A stretch of DNA of 64,000 bases from an uncultured Chloroflexia bacterium. Lineage in GTDB: Bacteria; Chloroflexota; Dehalococcoidia; DSTF01; WHTK01. Location: positions 264,601-328,600 of the forward strand of contig CAVPFY010000006.1 in the NCBI GenBank assembly GCA_963703905.1, in the 5' to 3' direction. The notes under the pieces are model-generated. The model worked only from the letters and a program-made list of their open reading frames with translations, did no database searches and was not told the origin of the DNA. A program made the translations under genes and the position numbers. Shown here one piece after another: positions 28,542 through 36,216 of this stretch (positions within the stretch are counted from its first letter, which is position 1; every line of letters starts with the position of its first letter).

Positions 28542-29606
28542 GTGAAGCCGGTCAAGTTTGGCCTCTGGTACGACTTCCGCAATCCTCCTCCAAACTCCCC
28601 TCCCCTTGATGCGAGAGGGGCCGGGGGTGGGGGCTCGACGGGCAGGTCGTTCGCGGACCTGTACGCGGCGACTCTGGAGCAGATCGCCCACGCCGAGAAG
28701 TTGGGCTTCGACCAGATCTGGACCAGCGAGCACCACTTCATCGAGGACGGCTACTCGCCGGCGCTGCTGCCGATCTGCGCCGCCATCGCGGCGCGGACGG
28801 AGCGCGTGCGCATTGGCACCAACGTCCTGCTCCTGCCCCTGCACAATCCCCTGCGCGTCGCCGAAGACGCCGCGACGGTCGACGTCATCTCGAACGGCCG
28901 CTTCGACCTCGGCGTGGCGGTCGGGTACAAGGTCGAGGAGTTCGAGACCTTTGGCGCCAACCGCCATCATCGCGGACGGATGATGGACGAGGCCGTGACG
29001 GTGATCCGCCGCGCCTGGGACGAAGACAGCTTCAGCTTCAGGGGCCGCCACTACAGCTTCGAAAACGTGAGGCTGGCGCCCCGGCCGGTGCAGAGCCCCT
29101 GCCCGATCTGGATCGGCGGCTTTACGGAGGCGGCGATCCGCCGAGCCGGCCGCATGGCCGACGGCGTCCTGAATCTGGGCTTCAACCAGATCGAGCCCTT
29201 TCTGGACGAGTGGCACAAGCGCGGCCGCGCCGATTCGGACGTCAAGCTGCTGGTCGGGCCCGGCACGATGCGCGTCTGCGAGGACCCCGACCGTGCCTGG
29301 GCCGAGCTCGGCGCCTTTGCGCTGTACCAGTCGCAGAACTACGCGCGCTGGTTCGCCGCTGCCGGCCAGTCAGTCGGACCGGTGCTGGGCAGCGTGGACG
29401 AACTGAGACAGCGCAACCCCGGCATCTTCGTCACGCCCGAACAGGCCATCGAGCGCCTGCGCGCGTCGATCGACCGCGCCCGTTCCCTGCTGGGAGATCC
29501 CGAGGTGCATGTGTACTGGTGGTCCGTCTTCCCCGGCGAGAGCGTCGAGAGCTCGACCGCGGGTCTGGAGCTGGCGGCGGCAAAGGTCCTGCCCGCGCTG
29601 AGATGA
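28542..29606 (+). CDS. LLM-class oxidoreductase (GTG start)
   Basis: VKPVKFGLWYDFRNPP...LGFDQIWTSEHHF...GRFDLGVAVGY. It carries an in-frame low-complexity insert, PNSPPLDARGAGGGGS. Confidence 0.8.
   Translation: MKPVKFGLWYDFRNPPPNSPPLDARGAGGGGSTGRSFADLYAATLEQIAHAEKLGFDQIWTSEHHFIEDGYSPALLPICAAIAARTERVRIGTNVLLLPLHNPLRVAEDAATVDVISNGRFDLGVAVGYKVEEFETFGANRHHRGRMMDEAVTVIRRAWDEDSFSFRGRHYSFENVRLAPRPVQSPCPIWIGGFTEAAIRRAGRMADGVLNLGFNQIEPFLDEWHKRGRADSDVKLLVGPGTMRVCEDPDRAWAELGAFALYQSQNYARWFAAAGQSVGPVLGSVDELRQRNPGIFVTPEQAIERLRASIDRARSLLGDPEVHVYWWSVFPGESVESSTAGLELAAAKVLPALR
28591..28634. repeat. GC-rich hairpin element, copy inside the LLM CDS
   Basis: caaactcccctcccc-ttgatgcga-gaggggccgggggtggggg aligns with the reverse complement of 31275..31320 (caaactcccttcccc..gaagggccgggaaaggggg). 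Confidence 0.7.
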
Positions 29607-29683
29607 CTTTCGGGCTGTCACCCGAGCCTGGCGTCAGGCCAAGGGTGCTTTTACTCCACGCCTGCCTGCTCTACATTGCCGGC

Positions 29684-30157
29684 ATGGACGTGAAGTCGTT
29701 CGCCGAGATCGAAGAAGAGTTCCTGAAGCGCGTAAAGCGAATCGTCTGGTGCACGGTCGCGACGGTCGACACGAAGGGCAGGCCGCGTACGCGTATTCTG
29801 CACCCGAACTGGGAGGGTACCACGGGCTGGATCTGCACCGGCCGCGATAGCCTGAAGGCCAGCCACCTGGCCGCGAACCCGAACGTGTCGCTGTGCTACT
29901 GGGACCAGGAGCAGCGAAACGTGTACGTCGAAGCGGTGGCCGAATGGGAGGACGATGCGGCGGCCAAGCGCCGCATCTGGGACATGTTCAAGGCCAACCC
30001 GTTCCCTTACGGCTACGACCCTGCGATGATCCCCGGCTGGAGCGCGCCGGAAGCGCCAGGCTTCGGCATCCTCAAATTGACGCCGCGCCGCATCGAACTC
30101 TCAGGCATGAGCCTGCAGCCGGGCGTTGTCGTACCGACGCTTATTTGGCGCGGCTAG
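29684..30157 (+). CDS. pyridoxamine 5'-phosphate oxidase (PPOX) family protein
   Basis: Start at MDVKSFAEIEEEFLKRVKRIVWCTVATVDTKGRPRTRILHP. The 5' half of ORF 29210..30157 is Arg/Pro-rich non-coding read-through. Confidence 0.75.
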   Translation: MDVKSFAEIEEEFLKRVKRIVWCTVATVDTKGRPRTRILHPNWEGTTGWICTGRDSLKASHLAANPNVSLCYWDQEQRNVYVEAVAEWEDDAAAKRRIWDMFKANPFPYGYDPAMIPGWSAPEAPGFGILKLTPRRIELSGMSLQPGVVVPTLIWRG

Positions 30158-30234
30158 TGCATAAGGCGTAGCGCAAAACGCATAAGGCGAATCCTCTGTT
30201 TATGCGTTATGCGTTATGGCTTATGCGCTATGAA
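30158..30234. repeat. heptamer repeat/hairpin region between convergent genes
   Basis: TTATGCG TTATGCG TTATGGC TTATGCG CTATGAA (30200..30234), with inverted CGCATAA/TGCATAA copies at 30158..30185. The 9-bp stem aacgcataa/ttatgcgtt could act as a bidirectional terminator. Confidence 0.6.
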
Positions 30235-31202
30235 AGCTCGAACTTGGGCGGAGTCTGCCACTGGTCCAGGGGCGGGTTCTCCTGCAGGAAGAGCATGCGG
30301 CGGCGGGCCTGCTCCTTGTAGTCGTCCGCCTTCTTGATCACCTCGACGCGCTCGTGCTCTTCTTCTTCGGCCTTCTGGGTTTCCTCGGCCGAGCGCTCTT
30401 TGGGGACGCCTTCGTAGGACTTGATGCGCCCTTCCTTCTCGAGCTTGCGCAGGTGGGTGCGGACGTTGCCGTCGGCGGCCCGTCGCAGGCGCTGGTCGAT
30501 GTCGGTATAGATCTTCATCATGATGTCCCAGCTGGTCATGTCGCCGCCCTCCTTGAGGGTGGAGACGATCTGCTGCTCGCGCTGGTTGCGGTGGAGGATG
30601 TAGTCGTCGATGTACTCGGCCGGCTTCTCGATCAGCGGGCCGTGTCCGGGGCAGATGACCTTGAGATTCGGCAGGCCGCGGATGCGCTCCAGGCTGGCCA
30701 TGTAGTCGAACAGGTCGCCGATCGTGGTCGGCGTCGAGCCCAGGATGGTGTCGCCGGAGAAGAGCACGCCTTCGTCCTCGATGTAGTAGCAGACGGAGTC
30801 GACGCTGTGGCCGGGCGTGTGCAGGACGAGCGGCTTGAGGCCGCCGCCAACGTCGATGGTCTGGCCGTCGTGCATGGTGTGGACGCCGTCTTCGGGAAGC
30901 TTGTCCTGAAGGATGAGCTTGCCCTGGTCGTGGACGTAGATCTCGGTCTTGAACTGGTCCCTGAGCCACTTGAGGTTGGCGCTATGGTCGATGTGATGGT
31001 GGGTGATGCCGGAGAGCGCGACCTCGGCCTTTTCGGTCCCGGCCAGGTAGCCCCTGAGCATCCAGCGGTAGCGCTCCTGGTCTTCGCCGGAGTCAATCGT
31101 CAGCACCTGCCCGTGGCCGACCAGGTAGATCGTCGTGAACACCGGGTGCATTGGGCTGTCGTCCGGGACCTGCACCGCGCGGACGTTGGGGCTGACCTGC
31201 AT
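30228..31202 (-). CDS. MBL-fold metallo-hydrolase
   Basis: 324 aa. ITHHHIDH (HxHxDH) zinc motif. Confidence 0.85.
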   Translation of the reverse strand: MQVSPNVRAVQVPDDSPMHPVFTTIYLVGHGQVLTIDSGEDQERYRWMLRGYLAGTEKAEVALSGITHHHIDHSANLKWLRDQFKTEIYVHDQGKLILQDKLPEDGVHTMHDGQTIDVGGGLKPLVLHTPGHSVDSVCYYIEDEGVLFSGDTILGSTPTTIGDLFDYMASLERIRGLPNLKVICPGHGPLIEKPAEYIDDYILHRNQREQQIVSTLKEGGDMTSWDIMMKIYTDIDQRLRRAADGNVRTHLRKLEKEGRIKSYEGVPKERSAEETQKAEEEEHERVEVIKKADDYKEQARRRMLFLQENPPLDQWQTPPKFELS

Positions 31203-31274
31203 AGCTGGCTCAATTCTAGTCGGCGTTGTGCGCGCGCCTCAGAGGGCGGAGTGCGACGCCATCATAGCGCTGGG

Positions 31275-31320
31275 ACCCCCTTTCCCGGCCCTTCCCCCCG
31301 GGAGGGGGAAGGGAGTTTGA
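31275..31320. repeat. GC-rich hairpin element, intergenic copy
   Basis: cccttccccc-cggga-gggggaaggg is a perfect 10-bp stem. It is homologous (reverse orientation) to 28591..28634. Confidence 0.7.
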
Positions 31321-31382
31321 GGCGGTAGAGGAGTGGAGGCGGCAGGCGCGTGGGAGGCGGCGGGACCGCGGCGCCGTGAGGG

Positions 31383-31832
31383 CTAGGTGTGGGGTGCGCC
31401 GTTGCCGGCGATCGCGGCGACCGGCGGGCCGACATCCGATGTGCAGTAAGCGCAACGCCGGGCGTCGATCGGGATCTCGCTGAGGCACTCGGGGCACTTG
31501 CGTGTCGTCGGGTCGGCCGGGGCCTCCTTGTGGCTGCGCGAGATGAGCATGTTCATCGGCTTGATCACAAGGAAGAAGATGACGGCGGCCACGATGACGA
31601 ACGACAAGACCTTATTGATGAAGTCCCCGTAGAGGAAGGTGCTGCCGTTGATGGTGAAGTCCATGCCGCCAAAGTCCGGCTGGCCACCGATAGCGGCGAT
31701 GAGGGGCGTCATCAAGTCTTCGACCGCGGCCGAGACAACGTCGCCAAAAGCCGCGCCCAGCACCACAGCGACGGCAAGGTCTACGACATTGCCGCGTAGG
31801 AGGAACTGCTTGAACTCGTTGGCCATTTTCAT
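31383..31832 (-). CDS. mscL: large-conductance mechanosensitive channel with C-terminal zinc ribbon
   Basis: FKQFLLRGNVVDLAVAVVLGAAFGDVV is the MscL signature. The C-terminal tail has CPECLSEIPIDARRCAYC. Confidence 0.85.
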   Translation of the reverse strand: MKMANEFKQFLLRGNVVDLAVAVVLGAAFGDVVSAAVEDLMTPLIAAIGGQPDFGGMDFTINGSTFLYGDFINKVLSFVIVAAVIFFLVIKPMNMLISRSHKEAPADPTTRKCPECLSEIPIDARRCAYCTSDVGPPVAAIAGNGAPHT

Positions 31833-31908
31833 CGATGTATAGCCCTCGCTGGGAGACGATCAAAGGCCTTCGATCGTCGCGAAAGCCTACGGTCGCGCAA
31901 GCCCGAGG

Positions 31909-32470
31909 TCAAGTTTCTTTACATATCTGCCACGCCTGGGCAATCAGCCTGCGCCCAAACTGCGCTCCAGGGCAGTAGTTCTCGACGGGGCGGCCGTCGA
32001 AGACGCCGTAGAAGCGGGTGAACAGGTCGCGGTCCGACCGTCCAGCCTGGAAATCTTCGTACTCCGTAACCTCTCCCGGCCTCGGGGTGTAGCGCTTGTC
32101 GATCGTTGGCGCGCTCCAGAGGATCGTGTCGAGGACGGCCTGAGCGGACTCGATCCCGGGCAGGACCATCATGCGGCCATGGGCGCTGATCGCGCGCCGC
32201 TCGGCATATTCCAGGAGGACGGCCTCACTGGCCTCGCGCCAGACCGCGGTGCGCAACGGCGCCTCGTCCAGCCGGAGGTGCGCTCCGGCCAGGGCCTCGG
32301 TAGCGCGCGCGGATCAGGGCTTGATCGAATAGCTCCGGCAGGCGCTCCACGAGGGCGAAGAGGTCCTGGGAGAATCCCGGCTCGAACTTCGAGACGACGA
32401 TCGCTGATTCGCTCTGGCGCACGATGCGGCGGTACTCATTCAACCCCAACTCGTCCCGCAGCCATGCCTG
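31909..32470 (-). pseudogene. hypothetical protein, frameshifted; 5' limit uncertain
   Basis: C-terminal part is ORF 31909..32256. The upstream part (..LQAWLRDELGLNEYRRIVRQSESAIVVSKFEPGFSQDLFALVERLPELFDQALIR) is in the frame of ORF 32225..33127. A frame change lies near 32270. No family recognised. Confidence 0.35.
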
Positions 32471-32538
32471 AAGGGCGGCATCCGTGATTGGACGTCTGGC
32501 CCCGGGGTCACGTCCTCGCTGAACAGACAAAGGGTCAC

Positions 32539-32574
32539 TTCCGTTCGTGGTGAGCCTGGTCGAACCACGGACGG
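32539..32574. repeat. type-1 hairpin repeat, copy A (TTCCGYTCGTGGTGAGCCTGGTCGAACCACGRACGG family)
   Basis: ttccgttcgtggtgagcctggtcgaaccacggacgg; internal stem cgtggt/accacg. Confidence 0.8.
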
Positions 32575-32637
32575 GCACAGACCTTGTGGGGACTTTGGCC
32601 TCTTGGTCTGCTCCTCTGTCGTTTCGTAGATCGTCAA

Positions 32638-32673
32638 TTCCACTCGTTGTGAGCCCGGTCGAACCACGCGCGG
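32638..32673. repeat. type-1 hairpin repeat, copy B (diverged)
   Basis: ttccactcgttgtgagcccggtcgaaccacgcgcgg. Confidence 0.7.
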
Positions 32674-32749
32674 ACACGGGTGGTGCGCGATCCGGCTGGG
32701 CGTCGGTTTTTCCTCTGCCAGAAGAGGCGAGTAAATTCCGGCCTTTCGA

Positions 32750-33019
32750 GCGAGCAAGCGACCTAAGCAGATCCCAATCGCCGGCAATCAGTGCTTGCTT
32801 CTTTGCCCGAGACCAGCCCTTGATCCGTCGTTCGTGCTCTAACGCCTCGGCACGCGTAGGAAAGTAGTCTGACCAAAGAAGCTGCAAAGGCTTTCGGGAC
32901 GCTGTGTAACCACCATAGACGGCGAGATCGTGAGAACTCAACCGGCCTTCGATGTTGTCGGTATGGCCGGTGTAGTAGGAGCCATCGGCGCATTTCAGGA
33001 TGTAAACGTGAAAGCTCAC
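32750..33019 (-). CDS. GIY-YIG nuclease family protein (small UPF0213/YhbQ-like type); 3' limit approximate
   Basis: GTG 33019 then SFHVYILKCADGSYYTGHTDNIEGRLSSH..RKPLQLLWSDYFPTRAEALEHERRIKGWSRAKKQALI. There is no in-frame stop until 32225 because the frame reads through repeats A and B into the next gene. Confidence 0.75.
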
Positions 33020-33136
33020 TTTATTGGGAACCTGCTGCCGGATAGGGTACAACGGGCGCTTTCGTCCGAGGTAAATCTCCGCGCCGGTCGGGTCACTCTT
33101 GAGATGAGGGCCACTTCCGTTTGCCACTAAGGCAGC

Positions 33137-33173
33137 TTGCGTTCGTGGTGAGCCTGGTCGGAACCACGAACCG
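33137..33173. repeat. type-1 hairpin repeat, copy C
   Basis: ttgcgttcgtggtgagcctggtcggaaccacgaaccg; 9-bp stem gttcgtggt/accacgaac. Confidence 0.8.
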
Positions 33174-33198
33174 CCTCAAGGCCACTGCGGCAAGATCC

Positions 33199-33506
33199 GG
33201 ATCGATGCTCAGGAGGCCTCGTCCGCCCGCCCTTCGACAGGCTCAGGACGAACGGGATGTGAGGTAGGCCGGCTGGATGCGGATCGATGCTCAGGAGGCC
33301 TCGTCCGTCCGCCCTTCGACAGGCTCAGGACGAACGGGATGTGAGGTAGGCCGGCTGGATGCGGATCGATGCTCAGGAGGCCTCGTCCGTCCGCCCTTCG
33401 ACAGGCTCAGGACGAACGGAGTGTGAGGTAGGCCGGCTGGATGCGGATCGATGCTCGGGAGGCCTCGTCCGTCCGCCCTTCGACTGGCTCAGGACGAACG
33501 GGAGTT
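33199..33506. repeat. tandem array, 82-bp unit x about 3.75 (type-2 repeat, ccttcgacaggctcaggacgaacgg core)
   Basis: Units start at 33199, 33281, 33363 and 33445 (exact 82-bp period). Copies differ by 1-4 substitutions and the last is truncated. Confidence 0.95.
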
Positions 33507-33570
33507 GAGCTCCAGAACAAATTCAATACCCGTCCCGGCAATCCGACGCCACACCGGCCTGCTCCAACCC

Positions 33571-34908
33571 TTATTCCGCCTCATCCGCCCCGGGCGGCGG
33601 GCCGGCGCCGGTGACGCCGTCCGCGACCAGGGCCTCGTATTCGGAGCGGGGCATGTTCAGGAGGGTGGAAAAGACCTGCCAGCAGTTCTGGCCCTGGACG
33701 GGCGCGGCCATGGTGGCGGCGCCAGGGGAGCCGCTGAGGCGTAGCGGCACGCCGGTGTACTCCAGCGCGCCGGTCTCGGGGTGGTCGAGCGTAACGACGA
33801 AGTCCCGGGCGCGCATTTGCGGGTTGCGGCCGACACCCTCCGCGCCGAGGACCCTGCCCGCTGCGATGCCGGCCGCCGCCAGCCGTGTCTCGAGCGTGGC
33901 CGCGTCCTGGGTCGAGGCCCAGGCGGCGATCGCGGCATCCAGGGCGGCCTCGTGGCGCTTGCGCGCGGCGTTGTCGATATAGCGCTCGTCGGAGGCCCAA
34001 CCTGGTTCGCCGGCGGCCGCGCAGAAGCGCTCCCACTGGTCTTCGCCGCGCACGGCGATCGCGATCCACTCGCCTTGCAGGCAGCCGTACATGTTGTGAG
34101 GAGCGATCGAGAGGTGGTGATTGCCGAGGCGTGGCCGCACGGCGCCGTTGATGGCGTACTCCATCAAGGCATCGGCGATGAAGGTCATGTTCGCTTCCTG
34201 CATCGACAGGTCGATGTACTGGCCTTCGCCGGTGCGGTTGCGGTGTCGCAAGGCCAGCACCGCCGCCGCGGCGCCGTAGTAGCCGGCAACCGGGTCGGGA
34301 TACATCTGGCCGGAGTTGATCGGCGGGCCGCCTTCGTAGCCGAGCAGCGAGGACATGCCCGACATCGGTTCGATTGTGCCGCCGATGCCCGGGACGTTGG
34401 CGTAAGGCCCCGTGTGTCCGTAAGCGGAGAGGCTGATGAGGATGATGTCTTCCTTGATCTCTTTCAAGGACTCGTAGTCGAGGCCGAAGTTACCCATGAC
34501 GCGCGGGCTGAAGTTCTCCGCCACGAGGTCCGAATGAGGGACGAGGCGCTTGTAGACGTCGAGGCCGCGCGGGTCGGCGAGGTTCAGCGTCACGCAGTAC
34601 TTCTGCAGGTTCACGGAGTTGTAGAGGGCGTTGGTGTTGTAACCGTGCACGGCCGTAGGCCTGTCGCGCAGGCCCGAAGGCACCTGGCCGCGGTAGTTGC
34701 CGCCGCGCCATGAATCGAGACGCTGACGCGACTCGACCTGGATCACCTCCGCGCCCAGCAGGCCCAGCAGCTCCGTGCAGAATGTCCCGGCCCAGGCCTG
34801 CGTCAGCACGATCGCCCGGACGCCTTTTAGCGGCCCCCGGTGCGCGCCCGCGACGGGATAGGGGTACTCGCCCGGCGCGACGGCGTCCAGGCGCGCGCCG
34901 GCGGTCAC
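33571..34908 (-). CDS. family III CoA-transferase (CaiB/BaiF-like)
   Basis: 445 aa, GTG start. PLKGVRAIVLTQAWAGTFCTELLGLLGAEVIQVE N-terminal signature. Confidence 0.85.
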   Translation of the reverse strand: MTAGARLDAVAPGEYPYPVAGAHRGPLKGVRAIVLTQAWAGTFCTELLGLLGAEVIQVESRQRLDSWRGGNYRGQVPSGLRDRPTAVHGYNTNALYNSVNLQKYCVTLNLADPRGLDVYKRLVPHSDLVAENFSPRVMGNFGLDYESLKEIKEDIILISLSAYGHTGPYANVPGIGGTIEPMSGMSSLLGYEGGPPINSGQMYPDPVAGYYGAAAAVLALRHRNRTGEGQYIDLSMQEANMTFIADALMEYAINGAVRPRLGNHHLSIAPHNMYGCLQGEWIAIAVRGEDQWERFCAAAGEPGWASDERYIDNAARKRHEAALDAAIAAWASTQDAATLETRLAAAGIAAGRVLGAEGVGRNPQMRARDFVVTLDHPETGALEYTGVPLRLSGSPGAATMAAPVQGQNCWQVFSTLLNMPRSEYEALVADGVTGAGPPPGADEAE

Positions 34909-36095
34909 AGGACGTCTCCGGAGCGCCGCAGCGCGCGGACGTCGTCTGCCGACATGCCCAGCATCTCGGCCAGGACCTCGGCCGTGTGCTCGCCCAAGCG
35001 CGGGGCCGGGCGGCGGTAGGCGGCCGGCGTGGCGCTCATCTTGAAGGGTGCGCCCGGCATTTCCACGCGGCCCAGGCCCGGCTGCTCCGACTCGACGAAG
35101 AAGCCGCGGTCGCGCAGGTGCGGGTTTCTGTACAGCTCGTCCGTGGTCAGGACCATGCCGGAGACGACGCGCAGCGTCGAGAGCTTGTCGAAAAGCTCGT
35201 ACTTGCCGCGGCGCGCGATGGCTGGTTCGACCTTTGCCGCCAGCTTCTCGCGGTCGGTGACGCGGTTCCAGAAGATCTCGTCCGTGGCAAGCTCCGCCAG
35301 GCCGAGCTCGTTCATGGCGTCGCGCCAGAAGTGGGCGCGGCTCAGAGTCAGGGCGAAGTAGCCGTCGTCGCAGGGCACCGGGCCGGCGATGAAGTCGCTG
35401 CGGTCGCGCGGGCCTTCGCGTCCCGGCTGGGCGCCGTGCTGCGCGCCAAGGAAGCGAGGGCCGTAGGCCTCGGTCAGGGCTTCGAGGACCGACACGTCGA
35501 CCTGCTGGCCCTCGCCCGTCTGGTCGCGGTAGAAGAGCGCCGACAGCGTGCCCAGAAACCCGGTGACGCCGCCAACGAACGACGCCTGGTGGCCGGAGCC
35601 TTTGAGCGGCGGGCCGCCGTTGCGGGCGTTGTTCTCGGCCCAGCCGGACAGGGCGTAGGCGGTGATGTCGGCGCCTTCACGGGCGCGCCAGGGCCCTGTC
35701 TGGCCGTAGGGCGTGATCGAGGTCAGGATGATGCCCGGACGCGCCGCCTCCAGCAGGTCATAGCCGGCGCGGCGCTCGTCCAGGTGCCCGGGCGCGAAGC
35801 TCTCGACGACGACGTCGGCTTGGCGCGCGAGGGCGCGGAAGAGCGCCTGGCCCTGCGTCGATTCCAGGTTCAGAGTGATGCCGCGCTTGTTCGTGTTGAG
35901 GAAGGCGAAGAAGCCGCTGCGCTCGGGCCCGGCGACGCCGTCGATGAGAGGCTCCAGCTCGCGGCCGGGGTCGCCGGCGAGTGCCTCGACTTTGATGACG
36001 TCGGCGCCGAAGTCTCCCAGGAGCTTGGCGCAGTAGGGCCCGGCTACTTCGGTCGAGACGTCCAGGACGCGGATGTCGGACAGGGCGGCGGCCAT
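34905..36095 (-). CDS. family III CoA-transferase (CaiB/BaiF-like), paralogue
   Basis: Start at MAAALSDIRVLDVSTEVAGPYCAKLLGDFGADVIKVE. GTGA overlap with the downstream paralogue. Confidence 0.85.
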   Translation of the reverse strand: MAAALSDIRVLDVSTEVAGPYCAKLLGDFGADVIKVEALAGDPGRELEPLIDGVAGPERSGFFAFLNTNKRGITLNLESTQGQALFRALARQADVVVESFAPGHLDERRAGYDLLEAARPGIILTSITPYGQTGPWRAREGADITAYALSGWAENNARNGGPPLKGSGHQASFVGGVTGFLGTLSALFYRDQTGEGQQVDVSVLEALTEAYGPRFLGAQHGAQPGREGPRDRSDFIAGPVPCDDGYFALTLSRAHFWRDAMNELGLAELATDEIFWNRVTDREKLAAKVEPAIARRGKYELFDKLSTLRVVSGMVLTTDELYRNPHLRDRGFFVESEQPGLGRVEMPGAPFKMSATPAAYRRPAPRLGEHTAEVLAEMLGMSADDVRALRRSGDVL

Positions 36096-36216
36096 TAGTG
36101 GCCGATTATAAGCGACCGCGGCTCGACGAACACCGCTGTACCACGACTGACGGCGCGACGTTATTGTCTCCGGGAAGCGGGCGCCTGTTCGGCGCTCCGG
36201 CCCGATACACTCAACG

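Noticed and set aside
29210-29683. The N-terminal half of ORF 29210..30157.
   Set aside because: It overlaps the 3' end of the LLM gene in another frame and is Arg/Pro-rich. The PPOX domain begins at ATG 29684.
32225-33127. The 300-aa ORF taken as one GIY-YIG fusion protein.
   Set aside because: Only residues from about GTG 33019 to about 32750 are GIY-YIG. The remainder is read-through of two repeat copies into the out-of-frame start of the next gene.
33199-33506. The regularly spaced 82-bp repeats, considered as a CRISPR array.
   Set aside because: The units abut directly and the whole 82 bp repeats, so there are no unique spacers. No cas genes are present in the window.
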